A stretch of DNA of 59,764 bases, counting the filler, from Dirinaria sp. TL-2023a (taxonomy: Eukaryota), in the NCBI GenBank assembly GCA_051941275.1. It is 5 parts of 5 records of this genome, joined end to end, with 100 filler letters (N's around TTAATTAATTAA, not from the genome) between each part and the next. Parts side by side here need not be neighbours in the genome. Positions count along the whole stretch, not along the records: positions 47,914 to 59,764 come from JAVEBF010000810.1; 4 more parts are not named here. One strand, written 5' to 3'. Each line of letters opens with the position of its first letter. The first letter of the stretch is position 1. A program made the position numbers and the translations under genes. The notes below the pieces were generated by a model. It had not been told where the DNA came from. It searched no databases and saw nothing but the letters and a program-made list of their open reading frames with translations. This document shows, piece after piece, positions 49,300 through 59,764 of the stretch.

Positions 49300-50802
49300 C
49301 TTTGCAATGAAGGTGTATTGCAGTACAGCAAAAAACCCACTTGATCGATAGCGACAATCCTAAGGGACAAGCGCAAAGGGCAAAAAGAGCTTTGAAGTAG
49401 TTCCAGTGGCCAAGCGCCGAGAGTGATGCGCGCGCTCTTGAAGGAGTGAGCGAGTCTATGCTGTGACGAAGCTTGTTCGGGATGCCCGTCGCACAAGCTG
49501 GAAAGCGCAACGATGGACAGGAAAAATGGAATTATGGAGCGAGGCAATGTTGGATAAGTAAACAATCGCCGTATCGGATTCCGCTGAAAGCCCGATGTAA
49601 CCGGAAACACGGTTGTGCAGGAGAGCTTGGCTGTCAGATATGCTAAGCGGATTATGTGAAGTATCTTGGGTAAGATTATGCCTCCTGGATCAGAGGCTCA
49701 CGGAATGCTCCATGGCCTGAGGATGGAGAGAAGCACAGCAGTCACGCCGGCGCGCAAAAGGAGAGCTTGGAAGAGACGGTATGAGATGGCAGTGGGCCTG
49801 CTTCGAAAAGATGGAACCGCAAGCCGCTTTCGACCAAGTCTCGAGTCTAGTCATCCCGATGAATGACAGCGTGATATCACGGGTGCAGCCAATGGTCGCG
49901 TAGAATTGAGATCCAATTCGCAGCAGGGCGTGCATGCAGGAGAGCGCTGCGTGTCAGCACGGACGGCCTGCTGTTCAAAGCCTGCAATCCAGCAAGTTAG
50001 CAGGTGAAGTTCAGACTTGAAACTCAAAGGGGGAAGGTGAAACTCGTGGCGTTGAAGTCATTGGTTCTTCGACTCGGGAGCGCTTGTCCCCAGAAGCCTG
50101 AAGGACCCCCGCGTGCCCCGTCATCACACCTGCCTTCTTCGATCGCCGGCGTGATGGTCGAGGGGGTCCAATGCAAAATGCTGGCTAGCAGTAGTCCAGA
50201 ACACCTGAGACTTCCCCAATGTCCAGGCTAATGCTGGCACCACCTCATTTGTCGGCGAGCGAGAATCAATTGGAGGGAGGAGCATGCGACAAGCGCAATG
50301 ACCCAAAATAGAGACTCACTCGACTAAGAAGCGCCTTGGCAATATCAACGACATGCCATCAGCGTCGTTACACGTCTGTGAAGAACCTAATGAAAATATC
50401 TTCAGTGATTGCCCAGACTGTCAATGTCAGAACCCAGCAATAAGGTACGGTTTTAAGAGTATGACGCAGTGGACGCCTGGCATGCTTGACAACGTGTATC
50501 ATTGTAGGCAACTCTTCAATAGAGAGCAACTGGCTATGTACATGTACTGTAGGTCTCGTTGGCTTTATATGTTATCAGATCAGTGTTTTCTTTGCGCAAT
50601 TGAAGGCTTTGAACTATAGTGCTGTAGTTCTGATATGCATTCGATTTCCTGCCCAATTCAGCTGCAATGCCTATCTTCCCAATCCAAGCAAATCGTGAAC
50701 TCGTAAATTGGTAAACGAGTCCAATGATTATGTATTAAGGTTTTGTGACCAACCTTTTCTTATCTTCCTCAACTTTCGCTCACATTCCATCGCCCAGCAG
50801 AC

Positions 50803-51446
50803 ATGGATCCTCCACCCATGAAGACGACGCGTCGGGCGATCGAAAAGCGTCGTAGCCGTCGTGACAATAAAGCTCTGCACAAGTCACTCAAAGGTACGAG
50901 CAGCTTATGTATGAAACAGTAAGACATTGTCTCAGTTAGAAATACACAGACATCTCCGGCACCCGTACCGCTCGCCAGCTCAGGGAACAATTCAATTACC
51001 TGCAGAGACAGAATCGCGCCTGGCTCCAGCAACAAGTCCAGCTCCCCTCCCGCGGTGGGATCACGATCGACGCGGAGTCTGAACTTAAGATCCTGTTTGG
51101 CAAGAGCACTAAAGCAGACGAACACACCAATCTACCAACGTTGGATCACGGGAAAGAACTGTCACCCAATGCAGAACAGGCTTGGGAACGCTTGAGAGCG
51201 GAGAGAGAGGCGGTTGACGAAGAAACGGGGACGGAATTTACGCCAGATTGGTTTGAACGTGGAGCGTTGGGTGAGAAGAAGACGCGTGGTGAGCGAAGGG
51301 CTAGGGCGAGGGAACGTGAGAGGCTCGAGAATGAGATGAGCAAGGTGAATGACTTGTCACTTGGCGATAATGGCGAAGAACGGGATAGCATGGAGACGGG
51401 TCGGACTGAGCGCGAAGGGGATCATCAGCCTGCTGAAAAACAGTAG
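50803..51446 (+). CDS. Small charged hypothetical protein; putative intron 50894-50949
   Basis: MDPPPMKTTRRAIEKRRSRRDNKALHKSLK spliced (GTACGA...CAG) to an open frame that runs through the 51141 ORF; branch point weak. Confidence 0.6.
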
Positions 51447-51923
51447 ATTAGGCTAATTTGGCGAGCACACGAGCAATGGAATACCACCAAAAACCACTTT
51501 CAAGGTGACACTGCGGTATCTAGTGACTTCAAACCTTTACCGTCATGCTTGGAGGCTTTTATTAACCATTGGTCTGCGAAAACCCGTATCACTACTTAAT
51601 ATGCTTTCCTCTAGACGTGGCTAGGTACAGGTACATATAGGTAATGGACATTAGTAAAAGCTTTTGGCAGCCTCGCACCAGTCACAGGTTTCAGTCATTA
51701 TAAGTGCAATGAAAATTCTCGTAGCATCATCCTAGGTTAGGTGTCATTGCAGAGAATACTAGGAAGTCTACCGTTTGCCAGATACTGAAAATCACGTCGC
51801 TTATGAGTTCAGACGCCTGCATCGAAGATTAATGTATACTGTCTGGGATGGTGAGTGTAGACAGAAGTACAGGAAAAGTAGCTACAACAGCTGACCGTTT
51901 GGAAGTCAGAGAATTTTAAAGGT

Positions 51924-52104
51924 TATATAGAATAATTGCTTGCTAAGTTTTCAAGGAATTCCAATGATGGTGCAGAGGGCTGCTCTAGATATTGTGGATA
52001 AAACCGCACTAGTCCCGAGTGCAGGCGCTGATGTGCAGTTGGATTCCTTTTTGCAGGTTCAATGAAGGTTCTCAGTTCGAATCAGAGGATGCCAATTTTT
52101 TTTT
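51924..52104 (+). repeat. Copy 1 of duplicated Pol III-like / tRNA-like unit
   Basis: TATATAGAA, A-box-like TGGTGCAGAGGG 51968, T-arm-like CTCAG-TTCGAAT-CAGAG 52071, T9 run 52096-52104; 87/91 identity with copy 2 in the core. Confidence 0.75.
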
Positions 52105-52440
52105 CTTCTTGGAACAACTTCATGTTAAATTCGTTTTGGCATTTGCTGCAGGCGCCATCCTCCCTGCGCTGCATAATACAAAAAAGACACACCACTTGAT
52201 CCGCCTGATTGACAGATTTTCAAAAGAAGTCATAGCTGTTTGTACGGACACGTACAAAGTAGACGCTTGCTAATGTGACCACTCTATGTACATGTATATC
52301 TCAATGCTTCTTATCTGTCGGTGAAAGTAAATTAGAAGAGACCATGTATAATCGCTCAACAAAGGATGGACATTAGCGAATGTGAAGAAGAGCAAGAGGC
52401 AAAGCAGATCCTTTGAACTTTGGAAAAAAAAAAAAAAAGA

Positions 52441-52624
52441 TATATAGAATAATTGTTAGTTATATTTCAAGGTATTCCAATGATGGTGCAGAGGGCTGCT
52501 CTAGATATTATGGATAAAACCACGCTAGTCTCGAGTGCAGGCGCTGATGTGCAGTTGGATTCCTTTTGTGCTTTTGGTTCCAAGGTCCTCAGTTCAAACC
52601 ACATCGAACCCCTTGGTTTTTTTT
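52441..52624 (+). repeat. Copy 2 of duplicated Pol III-like / tRNA-like unit
   Basis: TATATAGAA, TGGTGCAGAGGG 52484, GTTCAAACC 52592, T8 run 52617-52624. Confidence 0.75.
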
Positions 52625-53822
52625 CTTTTTCTTTTCTTTCCCTTTTGGTTTCCACAATTTCTGTGCATGATGGATTTGACCTCTAAATTCTGACACTCGA
52701 CTTTGTACACGGAGCAATACGTATATTTCACTCTCTTTCAATCCCAAGGTCATGGTTCTCATTGCTGCCAATGGGATGTGTTGCCCCAATTTCAGACTCT
52801 TTGGCAACCCCAGAATGGATCACTACTGAGTTTATGACGGATTACTACTCCCGTGGACATTTGCAATTGCAATCAACGTCAGTGATTCTTTGATAATAAT
52901 CGTTCTTGTGGCACTAATCGACCATTACTTTCCTTCTCCTACAGCTATCACGAAGCTGCCGCCGCACGGAAGAAATCCTAGTTAGGGCAATATACTGCAC
53001 GTATTCGTTTCAAGGCCAGTAAAAGATTCTCTCTTTTCTGTACGGAGAATCTAGATTAATCATGGATCATAGCTCCTACAGCCGTTCGACTCGGGAACGC
53101 ATCCTCACGATCGGATTGGAGAAGCGAAGACAATGAACAAAGACTTAAAGCGCATTGACCCTTGCAAGTACTTCAACGTTCCTTCTTGCTGACAGGAATG
53201 AGATTGTCTTTGTGAAATGGTATACCTACATCTGCAATGAGTTTCAATTGCTCAAGAGGGTTACAACAGCACGACAGCGGCTGTAGTCTACGTTTAAGTC
53301 GTGGAAAGCTAAAGAGAAACAGCGCTTTACGAGGTCACTTTGGCTTTGTTGGATCGCGCAGACTGACGGTGGAATGCGGGTTTTGGTACTATTGGCTTGC
53401 TCATCTGATGTTCGAGAGGCTGCTTCCGAGGTTCGTCCCTCGGTGGCCTGTTCGCCAAGGCACTGCTGAGTCAGTCGCTCTTCCTTTCTTGGCAGAAGCT
53501 CAGGGGCTGAGCGAGTGCAGAGCTGTAGATGGGAATCGAAAAGTTTACTGAACACCTGTGACAAGCCTGGCTTTAATCGAACAGGTACGGAAGCAGCTAG
53601 CTATCGGTATTGCAAGCGCAGTAAGCTTCTGCCTTTTACTGCATATTTTACACATCAACAGAAGTGAGACTCGACAGACGCCGACATTCCCCAGGTGCAC
53701 CTTGCCTGTTCAATGCACGCCGCTAATCGTATCAAGACCTAGCCAATTTACGTTTCTGCGTCAGCGGCCATAGCTCGTAATCTGTAGTAAAGGATCCGTT
53801 TTTGTCCGCGAGCTGCGCAAGA

Positions 53823-54890
53823 TTATACAACGGATTGGTAGAGGAGCAAGGGCTCGCCGATGTTTTCGATCTCGGGGATGGTGCATTTGAGATCGAATGC
53901 TTTGGAAAGGACAATTTTGAAGATCTGATCCATGAGGATTAGTACTCAAATATTTAAACCAGGGAGCACGACTGCGATACCTTTTGAACGTTGATGCTGT
54001 GACTCGTACTGCTAAATATCAGACTTGCTCGCATGGCTTTTGCGAAGCGACGAGCCTATGGACAAGTCAGCTGGTACTGGCATTTTATGCGAGCAGTCAC
54101 TGACCTGATTCGATATCTCTTCTTGATCCTCTTTCGGAAAGTTGATGAAGTGGTCGTACTTTGTGCCGACAAGGAACGGTATTGCTGTCTTGTTGAAACC
54201 CCTTCCCTGTCTATACCACTCCTTAATCGAATTGAGAGTACTCTTCCTGGTGAGATCGAACATGAATAGAATGGCTACAGCATCGTTGCATACTAAAGGC
54301 AGCATATTGACGAATTCTCGCTGACCACCTAGATCCCAAATCGAGAATGTGATCTCTGTATTCCTTATTGAGATGGTCTTTTCCATGAAGTTGACCCCTA
54401 GCAGCATTAGCAGGTAGCTGGCTCGTGCTTCTGGTAACGCAAGCTTACCGAGTGTTTGGATATAGTCCTCATCCCAGCTTCCCTCCACGTACTTCACCAT
54501 CAAGCTCGTCTTGCCAATCTGCGCGTCTCCCACCATCCCGACCTTGATCACCACGCTATTCTGCCCCTTATCCCCACCGTGCCCTCTCGGATTCTGGTCT
54601 TGGTAGGGTTGAGAATGTGACCCTGATAATCCGGAGGATGGCCTCGAGTATGGCTGCATGGGTTGTTGCTGGTACGATGAGTTCGATGGGTAGCGTGTGT
54701 TGGGGTCATCGTGTAAGGGCGAGAATGTTGTACTCTGATAGTCATTGGATTGAGCTGATTGCCGTCGGCCATTCTGGTAGCCATTGCCGTAGCCACCAGT
54801 AGGTGTGGTAGCCATTGGCTCTTCTACACCACCCATGGCCTCGTCCGCGTGACCTTGGGCCATTGGGTCCAGCTGGTATTGGGGATCCAT
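53823..54890 (-). CDS. spg1: Septation initiation network GTPase Spg1/Tem1; 3 introns, start codon tentative
   Basis: VVIKVGMVGDAQIGKTSLMVKYVEG, FSIWDLGGQREFVNMLPLVCNDAVAILFMFDL, LVGTKYD, last exon IFKIVLSKAFDLKCTIPEIENIGEPLLLYQSVV*. Confidence 0.95.
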
Positions 54891-55129
54891 GAGTTTGCTT
54901 GGGTCATGCAACGTTCAGGCAAAATGTACCATGTAGCGATTGAGGGGATGAGCGGCTGAATGACGATACCACAGTACTTAATCGCAGGGGAAAGGTTTGA
55001 GTGAAACACCGCTGCCGGCCAGAGACGTAGAGTAGGTGCCTGTTCGATGAGAATTCCCCCTATGTTGACAATGCCTTTTGCGGGGAGACCGGTTTAAATT
55101 CAACGCTCAATGCGGGGTCGGAAGATCCT

Positions 55130-55135
55130 ACGCGT
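55130..55135. promoter_or_regulatory. MCB-type element in the spg1/RRB1 divergent promoter
   Basis: Single ACGCGT; could be chance. Confidence 0.3.
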
Positions 55136-55430
55136 AAAATGACCGTGTTACCAGAGCAGGCTGTTCATGTATGCCTTTGGTGACACATGAGTGACTGTTA
55201 ACGAGAGCTGAGGAAGGTTCTCCTACCTTGGCCCTCTGGTGGCATTGAAGGTTCGGATCTAAACATACACTTGATTGGTTCGGTCGATTACTCGTAGCGC
55301 GCCGATTCCTCGCTTGCCTCAAGCCAGCCTTATCGATACCGAAAATATTTCAACTGCTACCTGCATAAGGTACCTTACACACACAACATTCAAACTGCGT
55401 CACTCTGGAGATCTACAACGATACCCCAAA

Positions 55431-57076
55431 ATGGCTAAACGAGCAGTAGAGGATTCCGGCATTGAAGACGCCGTACTCAAGTCTGGCGAACGTCCGGTCA
55501 GACCTGAAGAGGACGGGGACGGTGTAGACTTTGAAGATGAATTCGAAGACGAGTTTGACAGCGAGGATGAAATCATCGAAGCTGGAGTAGACGGGCGGCC
55601 AGACGAAGAAAAGGAGGTAGAGGAGAAGAGGGGTATGTGGTTCTTACCGGAGGCATTGTGCGATTACCGCTTCTCCTAACTTTGTCTAATTACTGACCTC
55701 CCACAGATGCCATGGACGTGGACCAGCGCACATTCATCCCAGGCCGCGATAAATTAGCAGCGGGAGAGTCACTCTCGCCTGACTCTTCTGCATACCAGAT
55801 GCTGCATACTCTTACTGCAACCTGGCCATGCTTGTCCTTCGATATTATACGAGACTCCCTAGGGGACAATCGCAAAAGCTACCCAGCAACGCTTTATGCT
55901 GTAGCAGGCACCCAAGCGGAGAGCCGAAGAGCAAAGGAAAACCAGATGCTCGTCATGAAACTCAGTGGTCTTAGCAGAACAAGCCGTGGGCGGGATGAAG
56001 ACTCCTCGGACGAGGATACCGACGATGAAGAAGATGCCGAACCGATACTCGAGACCAAATCTTTGCCCCTCGGCTCTACCACCAACCGTATACGTGCTCA
56101 CCAGATTTTCTCCGCTGATCCATCCAAGACCCCAAGAACTCTTGTCGCGACCATGCTTGAGAACAGCGAAGTACAACTACACGATATCACGCCTTACGTC
56201 ACCTCATTCGACACGCCTGGCACGATACTAACCCCTCAACAATCTAAGCCCCTTATGACTTTGCGCATGCATAAATCAGAAGGCTACGCTGTTGCGTGGT
56301 CGGCATTGAATCACCAGGGGAAGCTTATCACGGGCGACAATGATGGGAAAATATTCGTCACGAGCTGCGTTGACGGCAAGTGGGCCACTGATATTAAGCC
56401 ATTTACAGGACATGACAGCAGTGTAGAGGATTTACAATGGTCTCCCAATGAGCGTAATGTCTTTGCGTCAGCGAGTAGTGACGGCACTATTAAAATCTGG
56501 GACGTACGTTCCAAGTCCCATGCACCTGCGATCAGCGTCAGCGTCAGCAAAACAGATGTGAACGTCCTCTCTTGGTCGAAGCAAACACCACATCTTCTCG
56601 CTACAGGCGCTGAAGACGGAGAGTGGGCCGTTTGGGATTTGCGGCAGTGGAAGCCCCTCTCTAATGCCAAAACTGACAGCAATGCCAAGCCTAAGCCAGT
56701 CGCCTCGTTTAATTTCCATCAAGAGCAGATTACAAGCTTGGAATGGCATCCGACAGATGACAGCATCGTGGCGGTTGCGGCAGGAGACAATACACTGACG
56801 CTGTGGGATCTAGCGGTCGAGCTGGACGACGAAGAGAGTAGGGATACTGCGGATGTAAAGGACGTACCGCCGCAGCTCCTTTTCGTGCATTTTATGGAGA
56901 GTGTCAAAGAATGTCATTGGCATCCGCAGATCCCTGGTGTGGTGATGGGAACTGGGGCTGGGGGTTTTGGGTAAGCCTCTATCTTTCGGTTATCTATTGC
57001 TTTGATTTCAGAGACGCGATGGAAGTGAGTGCTGACTTCTTAATGTGATAGGGTGTTCAAGACAATCAGTGTATAA
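55431..57076 (+). CDS. RRB1: Ribosome assembly WD40 protein Rrb1 (GRWD1); 2 introns
   Basis: Acidic N-terminus FEDEFEDEFDSEDEIIEAGVDG, WPCLSFDIIRDSLG, GHDSSVEDLQWSPNE, TLWDLAVELDDEES, VPPQLLFVH, last micro-exon VFKTISV*. Confidence 0.95.
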
Positions 57077-57282
57077 TCTCGAGCAAGCTGTGACTGTGAT
57101 ATAACACATGAGAATCACTCTAGCGGACCCAAACTCAGACTCATCAAATTGCCCGACTGTCTTCCGAACCTCCGACTCACCACAATTTACAATATATGAC
57201 TTGCGCAATTCTGTAAAGAACCTGATACCTCTTTTAACCTTTGATTCTTCCCCCTTTCTTCTAAATCTCAACCTTTTCCACC

Positions 57283-58560
57283 ATGCTTCACCACAGTCGA
57301 ATGTCTAACCCAAACGCTGGAGACCGCAATCATATGCAAGGCCGGTCATCAAACCCATCACGCGAACTTGTCGATCTCTACACCATCCCTCCCAGAACTC
57401 TTACCCAGAGACTAACCTCTATTGTCTGCCTCCCCTTCTCTAAGCCCTCCAAACCCCTTCCCATCCTCGATCCCCATTACAGCACCTCCGAGGACCTCGC
57501 TGCGGGTCGAAATCGACAGGAGCGTGTTCCAACTTTTGAAAACTTCTCAAAAGGAAGTATAAGCACATACACTAGATTCCCGCCACCACGCTTCTCCAAC
57601 CATGGGAAGGGCGTCAATATCACCCAAACAGAGCAGGTCGCCTGGCGACGCCCCAGCCAACATACAACCAGCTTGGCTGCATCCCCCCAGCCTTCAGCTC
57701 CCGATGACGGCAGCACCAAAACCGAGGGCATCGATGGAAAGGAGCAGAGCACGCAGAACAGCCCGTTGCACCCTCACACGGAGCGGCACCTCATCACCCC
57801 CAGTCCATCCCCTACCTTACCTTCACTCCCGCGCCAGCCCGCTAATCCACCCACACGTAAGTCCTTCGAGCCACAAACTGCTGCGGAAGAAGAAGCCGAG
57901 CGCTTCATTTACCACGACTCCGTCTATTCCTCGTTCCCTCACGAAGATGAAACAAGAGGATACACAGACCCAACAGACCTCTCCGACTTCCCCGCTCACA
58001 CCCACGCCTTCCTCTCTCGCCGCCCAGGCTTCGATACTCAACTCCGATCGTCGTGCAGGTGCCATCTCTGCCGTCTCGCGTCCGAATGCAGGCCTCCAAA
58101 AGGAAACGAGATCTCGCTTCGTGGCGGTGGCGATAACGGCGGCAATGGTCGTAGGAGACTAGGCGATGAGGAGCGCGTGAACCGGGCACTATGGTTCTTT
58201 GCGGGTGGGGTCGGGGAGCCGCCGACAGGTCAAGAGCTGAGAGAGTGGAAGAGGAAATACGGGGAGCAAAAGCAGCGGCGGAGAACAGAGAAGCAGGCAA
58301 AGCAGGGCGCGGCGAAGGAGAATAAGAAGGATTGGTGGAAACTGGTGCGGGGGAAGTTTGGCAAGAAAAAGGAGAACCCGCCGCAGCCCAACGAGGAGCA
58401 GCCGGCTCCGATGGCTCCTACGGCTCCGACGGGTGCGATGGGTGGGTTTGGTGGGACTGAAGTATCGGAAGTTACGGAAAGAGCGGAGCCGTCATCGGGG
58501 CTCGACGCTGCTGGGTCTTCGGTATCGGAGTTGACGCCGAGCGCGGAGAGTAGAAGGTGA
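57283..58560 (+). CDS. Hypothetical, largely disordered protein of 425 aa (start may be 57301)
   Basis: Long uninterrupted ORF, Pro/Ser-rich, with a Cys cluster, internal LRGG and a basic C-terminal region; no family recognised. Confidence 0.7.
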   Translation: MLHHSRMSNPNAGDRNHMQGRSSNPSRELVDLYTIPPRTLTQRLTSIVCLPFSKPSKPLPILDPHYSTSEDLAAGRNRQERVPTFENFSKGSISTYTRFPPPRFSNHGKGVNITQTEQVAWRRPSQHTTSLAASPQPSAPDDGSTKTEGIDGKEQSTQNSPLHPHTERHLITPSPSPTLPSLPRQPANPPTRKSFEPQTAAEEEAERFIYHDSVYSSFPHEDETRGYTDPTDLSDFPAHTHAFLSRRPGFDTQLRSSCRCHLCRLASECRPPKGNEISLRGGGDNGGNGRRRLGDEERVNRALWFFAGGVGEPPTGQELREWKRKYGEQKQRRRTEKQAKQGAAKENKKDWWKLVRGKFGKKKENPPQPNEEQPAPMAPTAPTGAMGGFGGTEVSEVTERAEPSSGLDAAGSSVSELTPSAESRR

Positions 58561-59070
58561 TTCAAGGTCGGCTGCGTGAGTGACTGCATGCTTGGGGTTT
58601 TGATTGCGGAATTGTGGAACGAAAGTAAAGTAGAGCTTGTTTGATACAAATGCTGAGTGCTTCATACAAACGATGCTACATCAATTCTCTGATTGAGCTT
58701 GCTCACATGCAGTGTGAAATCTGATATCGAATTTCCCTCTTTTGGAGCTAAGAGCGTTTGAAAATACGCATGCCAAAGAATAAATATCTAGAGGTATAAG
58801 CTCTACGATAATAGAACGAAATCCAGCGCTGTCGAAGCCATTATCATAATTCCGATCAATCTAGGTACCGTTTACTAGGTAAAGTCAATTGGCTAATGAA
58901 GCGTCATCAATCCTCCAGGTGTGAGAAGCGCGAAGAAACAAAAGTACGAACTCTGGCGTGGGCATGGTCTGTGTGCTGTCTGTCCATATCCTATCCTCAG
59001 AGCAGAAGTGCTGACAAGTGTGATGGTACTGCAAAACCTCGATCATTTTGCTTCAAAAACCGAGTTCTGA

Positions 59071-59080
59071 GTCACGTGAC
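59071..59080. promoter_or_regulatory. Palindromic E-box upstream of the phytase gene
   Basis: GTCACGTGAC about 270 bp before the ATG; CACGTG is the Pho4/NUC-1 core and is also bound by other bHLH factors. Confidence 0.45.
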
Positions 59081-59348
59081 GTGGATTTGAACAGCGTGAT
59101 TGATCCGCATGACACGACATCATTCCCTCAGGTTCATCTTCGAACTTGAAGTTGCAACACCTATCAACATGGCGCTCTATCTGGTCAGCTCACCCTTCCA
59201 TCCTACCGATAAAAGAGTCCTAAATATACCCACGTTATCAAGCCTAAGGGTCGATAAACTCTTTGCGACGACAGATCCCGTCGGCAGTAATGGTGCGGAC
59301 GCATATTGTGTTTAGTTGATTTTGGTTATACTTCCAATAATAGCAGTC

Positions 59349-59764
59349 ATGGGCTACAAACCGCTGTATAACCCTTCGAAAGGGCACAGAATCTATGGCT
59401 TGCAAGTGTCGCCCTCAAGACGTCTCTCGAGAGCAGGGAGAACTGTGGTTATGACCCTGTGGCTGCTCGTTTTCCTTTGGCTGCTTTTGCGCATTAGAGA
59501 AATGTAGGAATCACTCTCAATATCAGCGGGTTTTGGGTTTATATTTTGTAGACACAGTGCGAAGACCCTGAAATATCGACTGGCTTCGTCCTTCCCTTGC
59601 GATTCTCCAGGAAAAGGCTTCCAATGTAATCCTAATGCTTCCCATATTTGGGGCCAATATTCTCCAGCGTTCACTGTACCGTCTGAAATCCCGTGGGATA
59701 CCCCAGAAGGCTGTCACATCACCTTCGCGCAGCTTCTCTCCAGACATGGTGCCAGGTACCCTAC
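59349..59764 (+). CDS. phyA: 3-phytase / histidine acid phosphatase, 5' part truncated by window end; intron 59504-59551
   Basis: Read manually: [55 protein letters not shown], matching the PhyA N-terminus and the RHGXRXP active-site motif. Confidence 0.9.

Noticed and set aside
51924..52624. Duplicated unit as LTRs, CRISPR repeats or functional tRNA genes
   Set aside because: No TG...CA termini or internal coding region, only two long copies in a eukaryote, and acceptor and anticodon stems do not pair cleanly; kept as a Pol III-like candidate instead.

Overview
Eukaryotic, intron-containing DNA from a filamentous ascomycete (Pezizomycotina; the finer lineage cannot be fixed from sequence alone). 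The window is five contigs joined by four identical artificial 100-bp spacers (N44-TTAATTAATTAA-N44), so adjacency across them is unverified. Recognisable genes: a secreted amidase, GPI transamidase subunit GPI17/PIG-S, ARP6, a heme-thiolate peroxidase, two Zn2Cys6 transcription factors (one AflR-like), a cupin, nitrite reductase niiA, Hsp88/SSE1, the Spg1/Tem1 GTPase, RRB1 and the 5' part of a 3-phytase, plus several fungal hypothetical genes. Manual splicing recovers genes the ORF track fragments or misses: a 159-aa stand-alone RNase III domain with a degenerate active site, a 118-aa 8-Cys secreted protein, and the phytase. The most unusual non-coding signals are (i) a ~180-bp unit duplicated 516 bp apart with TATA, A-box, B-box/T-arm and oligo-T, a candidate tRNA-derived Pol III RNA or SINE, and (ii) a ~600-bp island depleted of CC/GG but rich in CpG, suggesting non-canonical RIP-like hypermutation. 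The AflR-like TF, second TF, cupin and peroxidase may be a backbone-less secondary-metabolite cluster fragment. No database searches were run; all family calls are motif recognition.
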